Positions 28,431-38,271 are shown, numbered from the stretch's first letter. The stretch is DNA of 64,000 nucleotides from an uncultured Clostridia bacterium (GCA_944383915.1 CALWRJ010000010.1:3099-67098), one strand, 5' to 3'. The notes: a model not told the origin generated them from the letters alone. Program-made: numbers and translations.

Positions 28431-28551
28431 ATCAATATGCTATGAAAATTAATTTAATTATGTGTTAATTTATTTTACCTTAATAAAATAGCCCAAAACT
28501 TGACGCGCTTTGTTTTTTATGTTATTATTTCATTAGAAAAGGGGAAATAGT

Positions 28552-29133
28552 ATGGAAAATAATCAATTATATGATTATAAAGTATGTGTTGGGCTATTTA
28601 TATATAAGCAAACAGTTTATAATCATCAGCCTGTAACACTTAACAATTTAATAGATTTTATGCGTAATTTTAATGAATTTAAGGATGCTGATCGCCACCA
28701 ATTAGTTAGATTTTGTGGCGGTAGCATAGACTATCTTGAAGATTTTGGTATAATAGAAAGGACTTTTGATAAAATTAATGATGTGTGGATGCCGACTTTT
28801 TATATAGATGAAATGGCACACCATATTTTTGAAAAATTAGGTCAATATTATTATAATTTAGTTGTAAATAAACCAAACAAAAGCACGATTGAATTTATAA
28901 AAAATAATTTTTCTGACAAGCAAATAGCAAAATTTGATGTAAAAACATTTGTACAAAACTTACCGCAAATTGAGGAAGCGGAAAAGTATAGTTTTGTAAC
29001 ACCTATGCAGAAAAAAGTTTTAAGTAAGGGTGCAACATTTGATTATCAATTAACTCAAATTGGCAGGTTTTGTCTTAGAGAAAATTTAAAACAAGAATAT
29101 GTTTTTAACAATGATGAGTTATTAAAAAATTAA
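28552..29133 (+). CDS. Hypothetical protein
   Basis: 193 aa ORF with RBS GGGGAAA. No motif recognised. Confidence 0.4.
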   Translation: MENNQLYDYKVCVGLFIYKQTVYNHQPVTLNNLIDFMRNFNEFKDADRHQLVRFCGGSIDYLEDFGIIERTFDKINDVWMPTFYIDEMAHHIFEKLGQYYYNLVVNKPNKSTIEFIKNNFSDKQIAKFDVKTFVQNLPQIEEAEKYSFVTPMQKKVLSKGATFDYQLTQIGRFCLRENLKQEYVFNNDELLKN

Positions 29134-29269
29134 GTACTATACAAGGTGCTATGCATATAAAAAACGCGAATTTTTCGCGTTTTTTGTATTTTTTTGAAGT
29201 TTTTGACTATTTTTGCGAATTTTACATATTTTTTACTAATTATAAAATTCTATTTCCAAGGAGGGAAAA

Positions 29270-29980
29270 ATGATTTTAAAAAATAAAAGTTTTACTATTA
29301 TTTTATGTGCAATTTTGTGTATTTTAGTTTTAGGTAGCGGATTTGCTTGCGTAAGTGCTTATGAAGGTGAAAGTTTAAATACAGATGTTGAAAATATGAA
29401 AATTACAGTAATGGGCGAAGCATCTGAATATGTCGACCCAGATTGCGCTAGGGTATATATGACTATTCAAAATGTAGATTTAGATGTAAATGTATCTAAA
29501 AGCGCAACACTAGATATGTATCAAAATGCTGTTAATAAGCTAGCCGAGTTGGAAATACCAAAAAATAACATCGATATGTCTTATTTTAGCACATATCCAA
29601 GTTATGATTACTCAAAAAATAAAACACTAGTCGGCTACTATGCGGTACTAAATTTTAATTTTAAAGTTGATAATATTGAAAATGTTAACAACATTATTGA
29701 CGAAATGTATCAATTAGGAATAACTAATATAAATCATATTAATTATGAAATTAGTGAAACAAATGAGGTATACAACTCACTTTTAGAAAAGGCTGTAGTA
29801 AATGCTGAAAATAAGGCAAAATTGCTTTTACAGAAAGATGAAGTAAGCCTTGTTAATTTAGTCGAGGAAAACTCGTATAACTGTACATCTATATACCGTA
29901 GTTATGCTGATAGTTCTATAAATGCAGATTTATCAAGCCAAATTAAATTAACTGCTCGCGTTCAAGCAAGTTTTATGTAA
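29270..29980 (+). CDS. Secreted SIMPL/DUF541-family protein
   Basis: Signal peptide, plus an overall pattern (...GYYAVLNFNFKV...AVVNAENKAKLL...) typical of SIMPL domains. Confidence 0.5.
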   Translation: MILKNKSFTIILCAILCILVLGSGFACVSAYEGESLNTDVENMKITVMGEASEYVDPDCARVYMTIQNVDLDVNVSKSATLDMYQNAVNKLAELEIPKNNIDMSYFSTYPSYDYSKNKTLVGYYAVLNFNFKVDNIENVNNIIDEMYQLGITNINHINYEISETNEVYNSLLEKAVVNAENKAKLLLQKDEVSLVNLVEENSYNCTSIYRSYADSSINADLSSQIKLTARVQASFM

Positions 29981-30104
29981 ATAATTTAATTTAGTAATAA
30001 AAAATTTTGAAAATTAAAATAAAAAAAACCTTCAAAAGTTAATTTTTGGAGGTTTTTCTTAAATTTTTATTATTTTTTAACAACGAAAGCTGTATTTTAA
30101 AATA

Positions 30105-30314
30105 CTATCTCTTTTTTTGAAATTTGCCATCTTTTTTGTAAACAACAAATTTTAGATTTTGATTTTCGCTCAAAACACGAGCGCGTTCTAATGCTTCCTC
30201 TTTCGTCTTACGGCTGTCAATTATTCTTTCAGCACCATCGCGCTTAATGTTCCATTTTTTGTTTATGCTATCATAAACAACTCTATAAACACCTTTTCTA
30301 GTGTTCTCTTCCAT
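30105..30314 (-). CDS. DUF2188-like small protein
   Basis: Start moved to ATG 30314 with RBS GGAGAAGGG. Pattern KWNIKRDGAERIIDSRKTKEEALERARVLS...VVYKKDGKF. Confidence 0.45.
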   Translation of the reverse strand: MEENTRKGVYRVVYDSINKKWNIKRDGAERIIDSRKTKEEALERARVLSENQNLKFVVYKKDGKFQKKR

Positions 30315-30481
30315 TTTTATCCCTTCTCCTTTTGTATTATATTTAATTTTAACACAATTTTTCTTAATTTTCAATACCTTACATTAAATTTTATATTCAA
30401 AAACTTCTCTTATACTTTAAATTTTATAAAAAAAGTTTATTTCCTATACAAATTTGGAAATTTATGTTAATATATAAGTAT

Positions 30482-30607
30482 AAAAAAGGAAAGGCATAGC
30501 CTTTCCCTCGGACTTCAAGTCCGTACCGTCATAAAACGGCGCAGAGTTTAAATTTATTTTAACTCTATCATGTAATTCGAGTGTTTCCACTCTAAAAGAG
30601 TATATAA
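30482..30607 (-). ncRNA. tracrRNA: tracrRNA (5' end uncertain, about 30592-30607)
   Basis: The minus strand reads UUAUAUACUCUUUUA-GAGUGGAAACACUC-GAAUUACAUGAUAGAGUUAAAAU, complementary to the CRISPR repeat. Three hairpins follow: GCCGU..ACGGU, CGGAC..GUCCG and GGAAAGGC..GCCUUUCC. It ends in a U6 tract. Confidence 0.85.
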
Positions 30608-30627
30608 AATATAAAAAGGAAAGTCAA
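30599..30627 (-). promoter_or_regulatory. Candidate tracrRNA promoter
   Basis: On the minus strand: TTGACT (30627-30622), 17 nt spacer, TATACT (30604-30599). The -35 element lies 5 nt from the cas9 ATG on the other strand. Confidence 0.5.
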
Positions 30628-30631
30628 GCAT

Positions 30632-33600
30632 ATGGTAACAAAAGATAAAAAATTTATTGGAAATTACAATATCGGATTAGATATTGGCGTAGAATCGGTA
30701 GGTTGGGCTGTAGTCGATGAAAATCAAAATTTGATTACGCGTAAAGGTAGACATCTTTGGGGAAGTAGGTTATTCGATAAAGCAACTAGCGCAAAAGATC
30801 GCCGCGCTAAGCGTAGTTTACGCCGTAGATTATTGCGCCGTAGGGTTAGAATGATGCAATTAAGAGAGTTGTTCGGTGATTTTATAAATGACAACGATTT
30901 TTTTCAGCGACTAGATGAAAGTTTTTTGCATATAGATGATCGAGAGCAAAAAAACGCGGATATCTTATTTTTTAATAGTACAGCCTCAATTATAGATTTA
31001 GAAAATAACAAAAAAATAATTATCGATAGTGACCAAAAATATTTTGAAAATTTTCCTACGATTTTTCATTTAAGGAAAGATTTAATAAATAATGAAAACG
31101 CGCAGTATGATCCTAAGTTGATATATTTAGCGGTGCATAATATATTGAAATACAGAGGTAACTTTTTATATGAAAATTTAAACGCAAATGACAAGGAAAC
31201 ATTATTTGTCTTGTATGATGATGTAGAAAATGAAGTGCAAAATTTAGTAAATAGTGATGATTATTGTTTTGCTGATGATATAGAGAAAAACTTATTAATA
31301 AACACCTTGCTAGACAGTACAAAAAAGAAGGACGAGCAAAGAAAAATTATAGCACATAACTCTAAACAACTAGCAGAATTTGTAAAGATGCTTCAAGGTG
31401 ATAAATTTGATTTATCTAAAATATTTGTTAGTGAAAATACAGATAATGATAGTAAAGATGAAAATACAATAAAGTATTCATTTTCAGATAGCGATTTTGA
31501 AAATAAAATTGAAAATGCTGGCGAATATGTAGACTTTTTACAATATGCGCAAAAATTATATTTAGCAATTGAATACCAGAAAATAATGAAGGGCGAAAAA
31601 TATATTTCTAATTTAATGGTAAAAAGGTATGAAAAATATAAAGAGCAATTAAACGCATTAAAATATATATTTAGAAATTGTTTTTCGAAAGATGAATATA
31701 AAGCGTTTTTTAGAGATTTGAAAGTTAAAGATAATTATGCTAGATTTACTGAGGGTGAAGTAAATTGTTCACTCGATGACTTACAAAAGGAAATTCTTAA
31801 AAAACTAAAAAGTATTGACCAAAATACTATTAGCCAAGACATAAAAGAAAAAATTATTTTTATTTTAGATGAAATAGAAAATAAAAGACTTTTTATAAAA
31901 CCGAGAAATAATAAGAATGGTATTTTCCCTATGCAAGCAAATCTTGCGGAACTAGAAAAAATACTTGATAACCAAAGCAAATTTTATCCTATGTTAGCAG
32001 ATATTAAGGATAAGATTTTAGAATTGTTTAAATTTAGAATTGATTATTTTGTAGGACCACTTGCCATAAACTCTAAAAATGAAAATAATTTCGGCTGGAT
32101 AGTTCGTAAACCTGGCTATGAGAATGTAGTAATAAATGCTTATAATTATAATAACGCTATAAATTTCGAGGAAACACAAACTAAATTTATAGAAAAAATG
32201 ACGGGAGATTGTACATATATATTAGGCGAAAAGGCTTTGCCTAAAAACTCTATTTATTACTGCTGGTTTAATGTTATTAATGAAATTAGTAATTTATCTG
32301 TTTCTATTGATGGTAAAGATTATACTTCGTTAAGAAAAATTGAAATAGGCGGTAAATATGCCGTTGAGTATATTATAGATAGATTAATGGAAACAAATAC
32401 TTATAAAAAGAAAGATTTAGTTGCTCTATTAAAAAGTGAGTACAATACTCCAAATATTGATGTAAAGGGATTTTCTAACAAAGAAACACTTATTTCAAAT
32501 TTAAAACCTTATAGAGACTTTATTCGAATTTTCAAAAAACCTGAAACAACTAATGCGCGCTTAGTAATCAATAATGATAATATAGATATGATAGAAAATA
32601 TCATTAAAGATATAACTATTTTTGGAGATAATAAAGAGGGCTTAAAAAATAGATTAAGGCACGCTTATCTAGTTTTAACCGAACAACAAATAAAAGAATT
32701 GAGCAATCTTAATTACAAAGGCTGGGGTAATTTAAGCAAAAAATTAATTTATGGCATAAAGGCATTAAATAGTGATGATGCAGGTAAAACAATACTTGAT
32801 TTAATGGGTGAAAATTTAAGAAATTTTAGTTCTATTTATAACGATCCTAAGTATCAGTTTAAAGAGCAAGTCGAAAAAATGTGGGGTGAGTCAAAAAATA
32901 GTATTCGTGAGCAAATAGACGAACTTGCGGGTTCTGCAGAAATTAAACGCGGAATTTCCCAGGCATTTCTTATAGTAAAGGAATTAGAACATGTTATGGG
33001 CAAAGCGCCTAGTAATATTTATATTGAGTTTGCTCGAGATGAGCAAGACAAAAAACTTACAAAATCAAGACAGAAAACTGTCAAAGAAAAGTATGATGCT
33101 ATAAAGAAAAACTATAGAGATTTATACAATGATATTGCTAGTAGAGTTGAAATTGGATACCTTGATGATGAAAATAAGAAAGCAGACTTTAATAAAGAAA
33201 AATTCTTTTTATACTATCTGCAAGGTGGAAAATGTATGTATACAGGTGAGAAACTAGATATAAATTCTTTGGATAAATATGATGTAGACCATATTATTCC
33301 ACAAAGCATTATTAAAGATGATAGTTTAGATAATAAAGTTTTAGTCTTAAAACAGGCTAATATGGACAAGTTAAATAGCGATGTAGTGCCAGAGCTTTTT
33401 AGAAATAAAATGAAAGGTTATTGGTATGAACTAAAAGAGGCAGGTCTTATTACTCAAAGTAAATATTCAAGATTAATGCGTGCTGAATTTTCTAAAAATG
33501 ATATTGGTCACTTTATAAATAGGCAATTAGTTGAAACAAGACAAATAACTAAAAACACTGCTATTATTTTGAGTGAATATTTTAAGAGGAAGAGGCAAGA

Positions 33601-34933
33601 AGTTGGAATTTATCCTGTAAAAGCAGGTATTAATAGCCTTTTTAGAAAAAGATATGATTATCCAAAAGGTGAAGGTGCGCGCGCTCTAAATGATTTGCAT
33701 CATGCAAAAGATGCTTACATAACAGCATTTATGGGAGATTATTTAAGGCAAAATTATGGTTTAGATATTATTGAAAGACGACACACAACTTTTTATCAAG
33801 ATTATTTATCAATGAAAAATACAGCAGATTATAATGAAACAGATGATGCAAATGAAAAGAAAAAATATAAGAATAAATATGGTTTAGTATTTTATGCTAT
33901 GAACAAAGAAGGCTCTTTGTGGGATAGAAAAAATAATGATTCGATAAGTGTAAATCAAGCGCTTGAAAATTTTGATAATAATTATTATAAAATTGATTGC
34001 TATGTTAGTCGCAAAACGGAAATGACGAACTCAGGAAAGTTGTTTAAGGAAACTAGGCATAAAAATAAAGATAGGGCGATACAGTTTGGTGAAATAAATG
34101 CAAATAGTAGTTCTTATAATCTAATTCCATTGGGAAAGAATAAATTTAATAAATATTATGATACAAGTAAATATGGTGGATATAGCGATATAGAATATGC
34201 GTATTCATTAGTTATTAAGTATAAAAAAGATGAAAAAGAAATCATAGAATTAATTGGTGTTCCAAGAATATATACAATAAGCACGAGTGATTTAGATATT
34301 TGTAAGTTTTTATATAATAAGTATGGGCATTTTGAAGTTTTATTTAAAATACCAAAGCATCAATTAATATTACTAAATAATAGTAAGTATTTATATGTGT
34401 CAAGTTTTAGTGAATTTTATTTAGCAAAACAATTCTTGATAACTAAAAATGACAAAGAATTAAATCGCTTTTTATATTTAGTTTTTAAATATAGTAGTGA
34501 TCTAAATAAATGGGCTATAGATAATAATTTTAAAATAGAAGGCAATATTAAAGAATATATCAACCTTAATTTTAATTCTTTTGTGAATGTTTATTTAACT
34601 TTTATAAAAAAATATATGGTAATTTCAGAAAGAAAATCTGACAAAGATAATTTAATACAAAAATTAACATACACTCTAGAACAAGCAAATGATAATTATT
34701 CAATAGAGGAGAAAATAAAAATAATTCCTGAATTATTAAAAATTACTGCAAATAAGCCAGTTAGGGGAAAATTTGATGGATACTACTATTTTAATATTGA
34801 TGGTGAAAAAATAAACTTACCGAAAGAAATGGGGAGATTAAGTTTTACATTAAACTTAAATAAGAATGATGTAACGCTTATATATAATTCCATCACTGGT
34901 ATATACTCAAGAAAGAAAAAAATAATAAACTAG
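30632..34933 (+). CDS. cas9: Cas9 (type II-A), 1433 aa, all nuclease residues present
   Basis: RuvC-I is IGLDIGVESVGWAVV. An Arg-rich bridge helix (RRAKRSLRRRLLRRR) follows. RuvC-II is IYIEFARDEQ. HNH is YDVDHIIPQS...DNKVL...N. RuvC-III is LHHAKDAYI. Confidence 0.95.
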   Translation: MVTKDKKFIGNYNIGLDIGVESVGWAVVDENQNLITRKGRHLWGSRLFDKATSAKDRRAKRSLRRRLLRRRVRMMQLRELFGDFINDNDFFQRLDESFLHIDDREQKNADILFFNSTASIIDLENNKKIIIDSDQKYFENFPTIFHLRKDLINNENAQYDPKLIYLAVHNILKYRGNFLYENLNANDKETLFVLYDDVENEVQNLVNSDDYCFADDIEKNLLINTLLDSTKKKDEQRKIIAHNSKQLAEFVKMLQGDKFDLSKIFVSENTDNDSKDENTIKYSFSDSDFENKIENAGEYVDFLQYAQKLYLAIEYQKIMKGEKYISNLMVKRYEKYKEQLNALKYIFRNCFSKDEYKAFFRDLKVKDNYARFTEGEVNCSLDDLQKEILKKLKSIDQNTISQDIKEKIIFILDEIENKRLFIKPRNNKNGIFPMQANLAELEKILDNQSKFYPMLADIKDKILELFKFRIDYFVGPLAINSKNENNFGWIVRKPGYENVVINAYNYNNAINFEETQTKFIEKMTGDCTYILGEKALPKNSIYYCWFNVINEISNLSVSIDGKDYTSLRKIEIGGKYAVEYIIDRLMETNTYKKKDLVALLKSEYNTPNIDVKGFSNKETLISNLKPYRDFIRIFKKPETTNARLVINNDNIDMIENIIKDITIFGDNKEGLKNRLRHAYLVLTEQQIKELSNLNYKGWGNLSKKLIYGIKALNSDDAGKTILDLMGENLRNFSSIYNDPKYQFKEQVEKMWGESKNSIREQIDELAGSAEIKRGISQAFLIVKELEHVMGKAPSNIYIEFARDEQDKKLTKSRQKTVKEKYDAIKKNYRDLYNDIASRVEIGYLDDENKKADFNKEKFFLYYLQGGKCMYTGEKLDINSLDKYDVDHIIPQSIIKDDSLDNKVLVLKQANMDKLNSDVVPELFRNKMKGYWYELKEAGLITQSKYSRLMRAEFSKNDIGHFINRQLVETRQITKNTAIILSEYFKRKRQEVGIYPVKAGINSLFRKRYDYPKGEGARALNDLHHAKDAYITAFMGDYLRQNYGLDIIERRHTTFYQDYLSMKNTADYNETDDANEKKKYKNKYGLVFYAMNKEGSLWDRKNNDSISVNQALENFDNNYYKIDCYVSRKTEMTNSGKLFKETRHKNKDRAIQFGEINANSSSYNLIPLGKNKFNKYYDTSKYGGYSDIEYAYSLVIKYKKDEKEIIELIGVPRIYTISTSDLDICKFLYNKYGHFEVLFKIPKHQLILLNNSKYLYVSSFSEFYLAKQFLITKNDKELNRFLYLVFKYSSDLNKWAIDNNFKIEGNIKEYINLNFNSFVNVYLTFIKKYMVISERKSDKDNLIQKLTYTLEQANDNYSIEEKIKIIPELLKITANKPVRGKFDGYYYFNIDGEKINLPKEMGRLSFTLNLNKNDVTLIYNSITGIYSRKKKIIN

Positions 34934-34940
34934 GTTAGTT

Positions 34941-35813
34941 ATGAGTTTTAGAACAATAGTTATTACCCAAAAATCTAAATTATCGTTTAAAGATAATTTT
35001 ATGATGATACATGGCGATGAATTAAAAATGGTGCATTTATCAGAGATAAACACAATTATTATTGAAAGTAATTTAGTCCAGATTTCTGCATACTTATTAA
35101 ATCAAATATCGAAAAATAAAATAAAGTTAATTATATGCGATGAAAGGCATAATCCCACCGCTGAAATGGTGCCTTATTATTCAAATTATAATACATCCAA
35201 AAAAGCAATTCAACAGGCAAAATGGACAGATGAAGCAAAACAAGTTGTTTGGACAAATATAATAATCAACAAAATAAAAAATCAAGCAAATTTGCTCGCT
35301 GAAATAGGTAATGATAGGGCTGTTTTGCTTGCGAAATATGTTGAGGAAGTCGAATTGGATGATGTAACCAATCGTGAAGGACATTCTGCAAAAGTTTATT
35401 TCAATGGCTTGTTTGGGCTAGATTTCACAAGAGATAAAGTATGTGATATAAATATGGCTTTAGATTATGGATACACTATTTTATTATCGGCATTTAATAG
35501 GGCTATATCAAGTTTAGGTTATATTAATCAATTGGGAATTAAGCATAAAAATGAGTATAATTATTTTAACTTAGGTTGTGATTTAATGGAGCCATTTCGA
35601 GTGTTAATAGATAGTTATGTCTATAACAATAAAGAAAGAGTTTTTGATGCAGATTACAAAAAAGATTTAGTGCAAATTTTAAACAAAAATATTGAATTTT
35701 GTGGCAAAAATATGTATTTAATTAACGCAATTAGTATTTTTGTAAATAATGCCTTAAGGGCTGTTGATGAAAATAGAATAACGGAATATAGTTTTTATGA
35801 GTATGGAATATAG
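34941..35813 (+). CDS. cas1: Cas1 integrase (type II)
   Basis: 290 aa with the typical type II Cas1 N-terminus (RTIVITQKSKLSFKDN), plus EGHSAKVYF and HKNEYNYFNLGCDLMEPFR. Confidence 0.9.
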   Translation: MSFRTIVITQKSKLSFKDNFMMIHGDELKMVHLSEINTIIIESNLVQISAYLLNQISKNKIKLIICDERHNPTAEMVPYYSNYNTSKKAIQQAKWTDEAKQVVWTNIIINKIKNQANLLAEIGNDRAVLLAKYVEEVELDDVTNREGHSAKVYFNGLFGLDFTRDKVCDINMALDYGYTILLSAFNRAISSLGYINQLGIKHKNEYNYFNLGCDLMEPFRVLIDSYVYNNKERVFDADYKKDLVQILNKNIEFCGKNMYLINAISIFVNNALRAVDENRITEYSFYEYGI

Positions 35814-36123
35814 ATTTATGAGATTGATAGTATTTTTCGATTTGCCAACATATACAAAACAGGATTTGCAAAATTACAATTTATTTAGAAGATTTTTAAT
35901 TAAAGAGGGTTTTGCAATGATGCAAGAATCAGTTTATACTAAAATTTTATTAAATGGGACAATGGCAAATTTATTAAAAGAGCGTATTAAGAAAAATGCG
36001 CCCAAAAAAGGACTAGTTCAGATGCTTTTAGTTACCGAAAAACAATTTGCTAGTATAGAATATATTAGTGGTGAATCAAAAAGCATTATAGAAGATTCAG
36101 ATAAAAGGTTTTTAGTATATTAA
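35797..36123 (+). CDS. cas2: Cas2
   Basis: 108 aa, MRLIVFFDLPT...FRRFLIKEGFAMMQESVYTKIL. Overlaps the cas1 end. Confidence 0.9.
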   Translation: MSMEYRFMRLIVFFDLPTYTKQDLQNYNLFRRFLIKEGFAMMQESVYTKILLNGTMANLLKERIKKNAPKKGLVQMLLVTEKQFASIEYISGESKSIIEDSDKRFLVY

Positions 36124-36803
36124 TGAATATAAAATTTTTTGAAATAGAAACACCAATTTATTTTAGGCAAGGTGTTATTAGCGTTTTGGAAATTCATAAT
36201 AAATTATTGTTTAAAAATTTAGTTATGAATTTATATAAAATAAATCAAGGTTTGAGTACTGATACCTCTATTAATATAATTGATAAAGATGAAATATCTA
36301 GTCTAAAAAATTTCGAGTTAATAACTGATGTTTTTAATATAAATGAAAGCGGAATTAATAACAAAATAACTAAATTTTTAAATAGTGAATTGGAAAATTC
36401 CGATTTGTATAAACCTGTGTTGGAAAGTTTGGAAAATTTAAAAGGTAATTTTTTGCGTTTTTTTGATGACTTTCCTTTTGAGTTATGTTATAATGATAAT
36501 GTAACAATTTTAGATTTATTAAAAGATTTTTCTCCTAAAATAAGTTTTCAGTCTCAAGTAAGTTATTTAGGTATAATTAATAATTATTTAAAGGCTATAA
36601 AATTATTAAACATTACTAATTTAATTATTTTTGTAGATATAAAAAAATACCTATCAATTGACGAAATAAAAGAATTTTATAGCAATATTTTTATGATAGA
36701 TATACCTGTACTTATAATTGAGTCAACTTCAGCCGATTTAATAAAAGACTATGAATGGAAGTTGATTATAGATGATGACTTATATGAAAAAAGTTCTTTT
36801 TAG
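36123..36803 (+). CDS. csn2: Csn2 (short form), the type II-A marker
   Basis: 226 aa, positioned between cas2 and the array. Csn2-like N-terminus (...VISVLEIHNKLLFKNLV...). Confidence 0.75.
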   Translation: MNIKFFEIETPIYFRQGVISVLEIHNKLLFKNLVMNLYKINQGLSTDTSINIIDKDEISSLKNFELITDVFNINESGINNKITKFLNSELENSDLYKPVLESLENLKGNFLRFFDDFPFELCYNDNVTILDLLKDFSPKISFQSQVSYLGIINNYLKAIKLLNITNLIIFVDIKKYLSIDEIKEFYSNIFMIDIPVLIIESTSADLIKDYEWKLIIDDDLYEKSSF

Positions 36804-36849
36804 ATTGTAAAAAATTCTATCCAATGATACTAAGTCACATGAATTTGAG
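36804..36849 (+). promoter_or_regulatory. CRISPR leader with a candidate promoter and leader-end motif
   Basis: TTGTAA (36805-36810), 17 nt spacer, TACTAA (36828-36833). The last 7 nt before repeat 1 read ATTTGAG. Confidence 0.45.
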
Positions 36850-38271
36850 GTTTTAGTATCATGTAATTCTAAAAGGTAATATAACTGTCTTTTTCCTTAG
36901 TGTACTCCGCGTACTGTTTTAGTATCATGTAATTCTAAAAGGTAATATAACGTTCACCCGTTACTAAGCGCTCCTTTTTCTGTTTTAGTATCATGTAATT
37001 CTAAAAGGTAATATAACTCAAGGACCGCGCGGACTCCAAGGTCCTCAGTTTTAGTATCATGTAATTCTAAAAGGTAATATAACTTACCTATCAATTTAAA
37101 CTTACCGATATAGGTTTTAGTATCATGTAATTCTAAAAGGTAATATAACTTCAATAGTTGCGTAGTAACGAGTGATGCCGTTTTAGTATCATGTAATTCT
37201 AAAAGGTAATATAACCGGTTATTTAGCGCAAAACCTGCGTGATAAGTTTTAGTATCATGTAATTCTAAAAGGTAATATAACTAACCAATCATATACTTCC
37301 AAAAATTTTAAGTTTTAGTATCATGTAATTCTAAAAGGTAATATAACCATATGGTGCGGGCGTGTTCAAATATGCGCGTTTTAGTATCATGTAATTCTAA
37401 AAGGTAATATAACTCGTGCGGTTTAACTACAGTCGCAATTAACGTTTTAGTATCATGTAATTCTAAAAGGTAATATAACTACTTCACGCGCGTTAGTTAT
37501 TAATAGTTTGTTTTAGTATCATGTAATTCTAAAAGGTAATATAACGTATAGACGCGCTTATCTTATTATATAAAGGTTTTAGTATCATGTAATTCTAAAA
37601 GGTAATATAACTTACGATGGAAAAATGCACTGCAAGTGTGCGTTTTAGTATCATGTAATTCTAAAAGGTAATATAACATAGAGTCATAGAGTAGCACCGC
37701 GGAGTATGTTTTAGTATCATGTAATTCTAAAAGGTAATATAACATTTACAATGTTTTAAAAGGAGAAATAGTAGTTTTAGTATCATGTAATTCTAAAAGG
37801 TAATATAACATACAATGTTAGATAAAATAGTTAGAACAGGTTTTAGTATCATGTAATTCTAAAAGGTAATATAACTAAATTTATAGGTTGCCCAAACATT
37901 CTACTGTTTTAGTATCATGTAATTCTAAAAGGTAATATAACTGACCGTATGAACTCAATTATCAAGAGTTTGTTTTAGTATCATGTAATTCTAAAAGGTA
38001 ATATAACTCTAAAAACTTATACAACCTATAACCAAAGGTTTTAGTATCATGTAATTCTAAAAGGTAATATAACGTACGCTATGCCACCGCGTGCTAAGTC
38101 CTGGTTTTAGTATCATGTAATTCTAAAAGGTAATATAACCCCTGTAATTGTATCTACGAACGCAACTGGGTTTTAGTATCATGTAATTCTAAAAGGTAAT
38201 ATAACAGACTACCACGCGAGGCGGTGTAATATGTTGTTTTAGTATCATGTTATTCTAAAAGGTAATATAAC
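36850..38271 (+). CRISPR. CRISPR array: 22 repeats of 36 bp and 21 spacers of exactly 30 bp
   Basis: The repeat is GTTTTAGTATCATGTAATTCTAAAAGGTAATATAAC with a period of 66 bp. Only the last repeat (38236-38271) differs (A to T at position 16), consistent with a leader on the csn2 side. Confidence 0.98.

Noticed and set aside
30555-30607. Reading the repeat-like sequence upstream of cas9 as an orphan or degenerate CRISPR repeat on the plus strand
   Set aside because: The three hairpins and the U-tract only make sense for minus-strand transcription, and there is no adjacent spacer-repeat unit. tracrRNA is the better explanation.
36954-37154. 66 aa minus-strand ORF with an internally repeated peptide (LYYLLELHDTKT)
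   Set aside because: It lies entirely inside the CRISPR array. The periodic peptide is just the translated repeat.
37883-37893. An 11 nt match of spacer 16 (ATAGGTTGCCC) to the ABC exporter gene at 11110-11120
   Set aside because: The match breaks on both sides and is expected by chance in 64 kb. It is not a self-targeting spacer.
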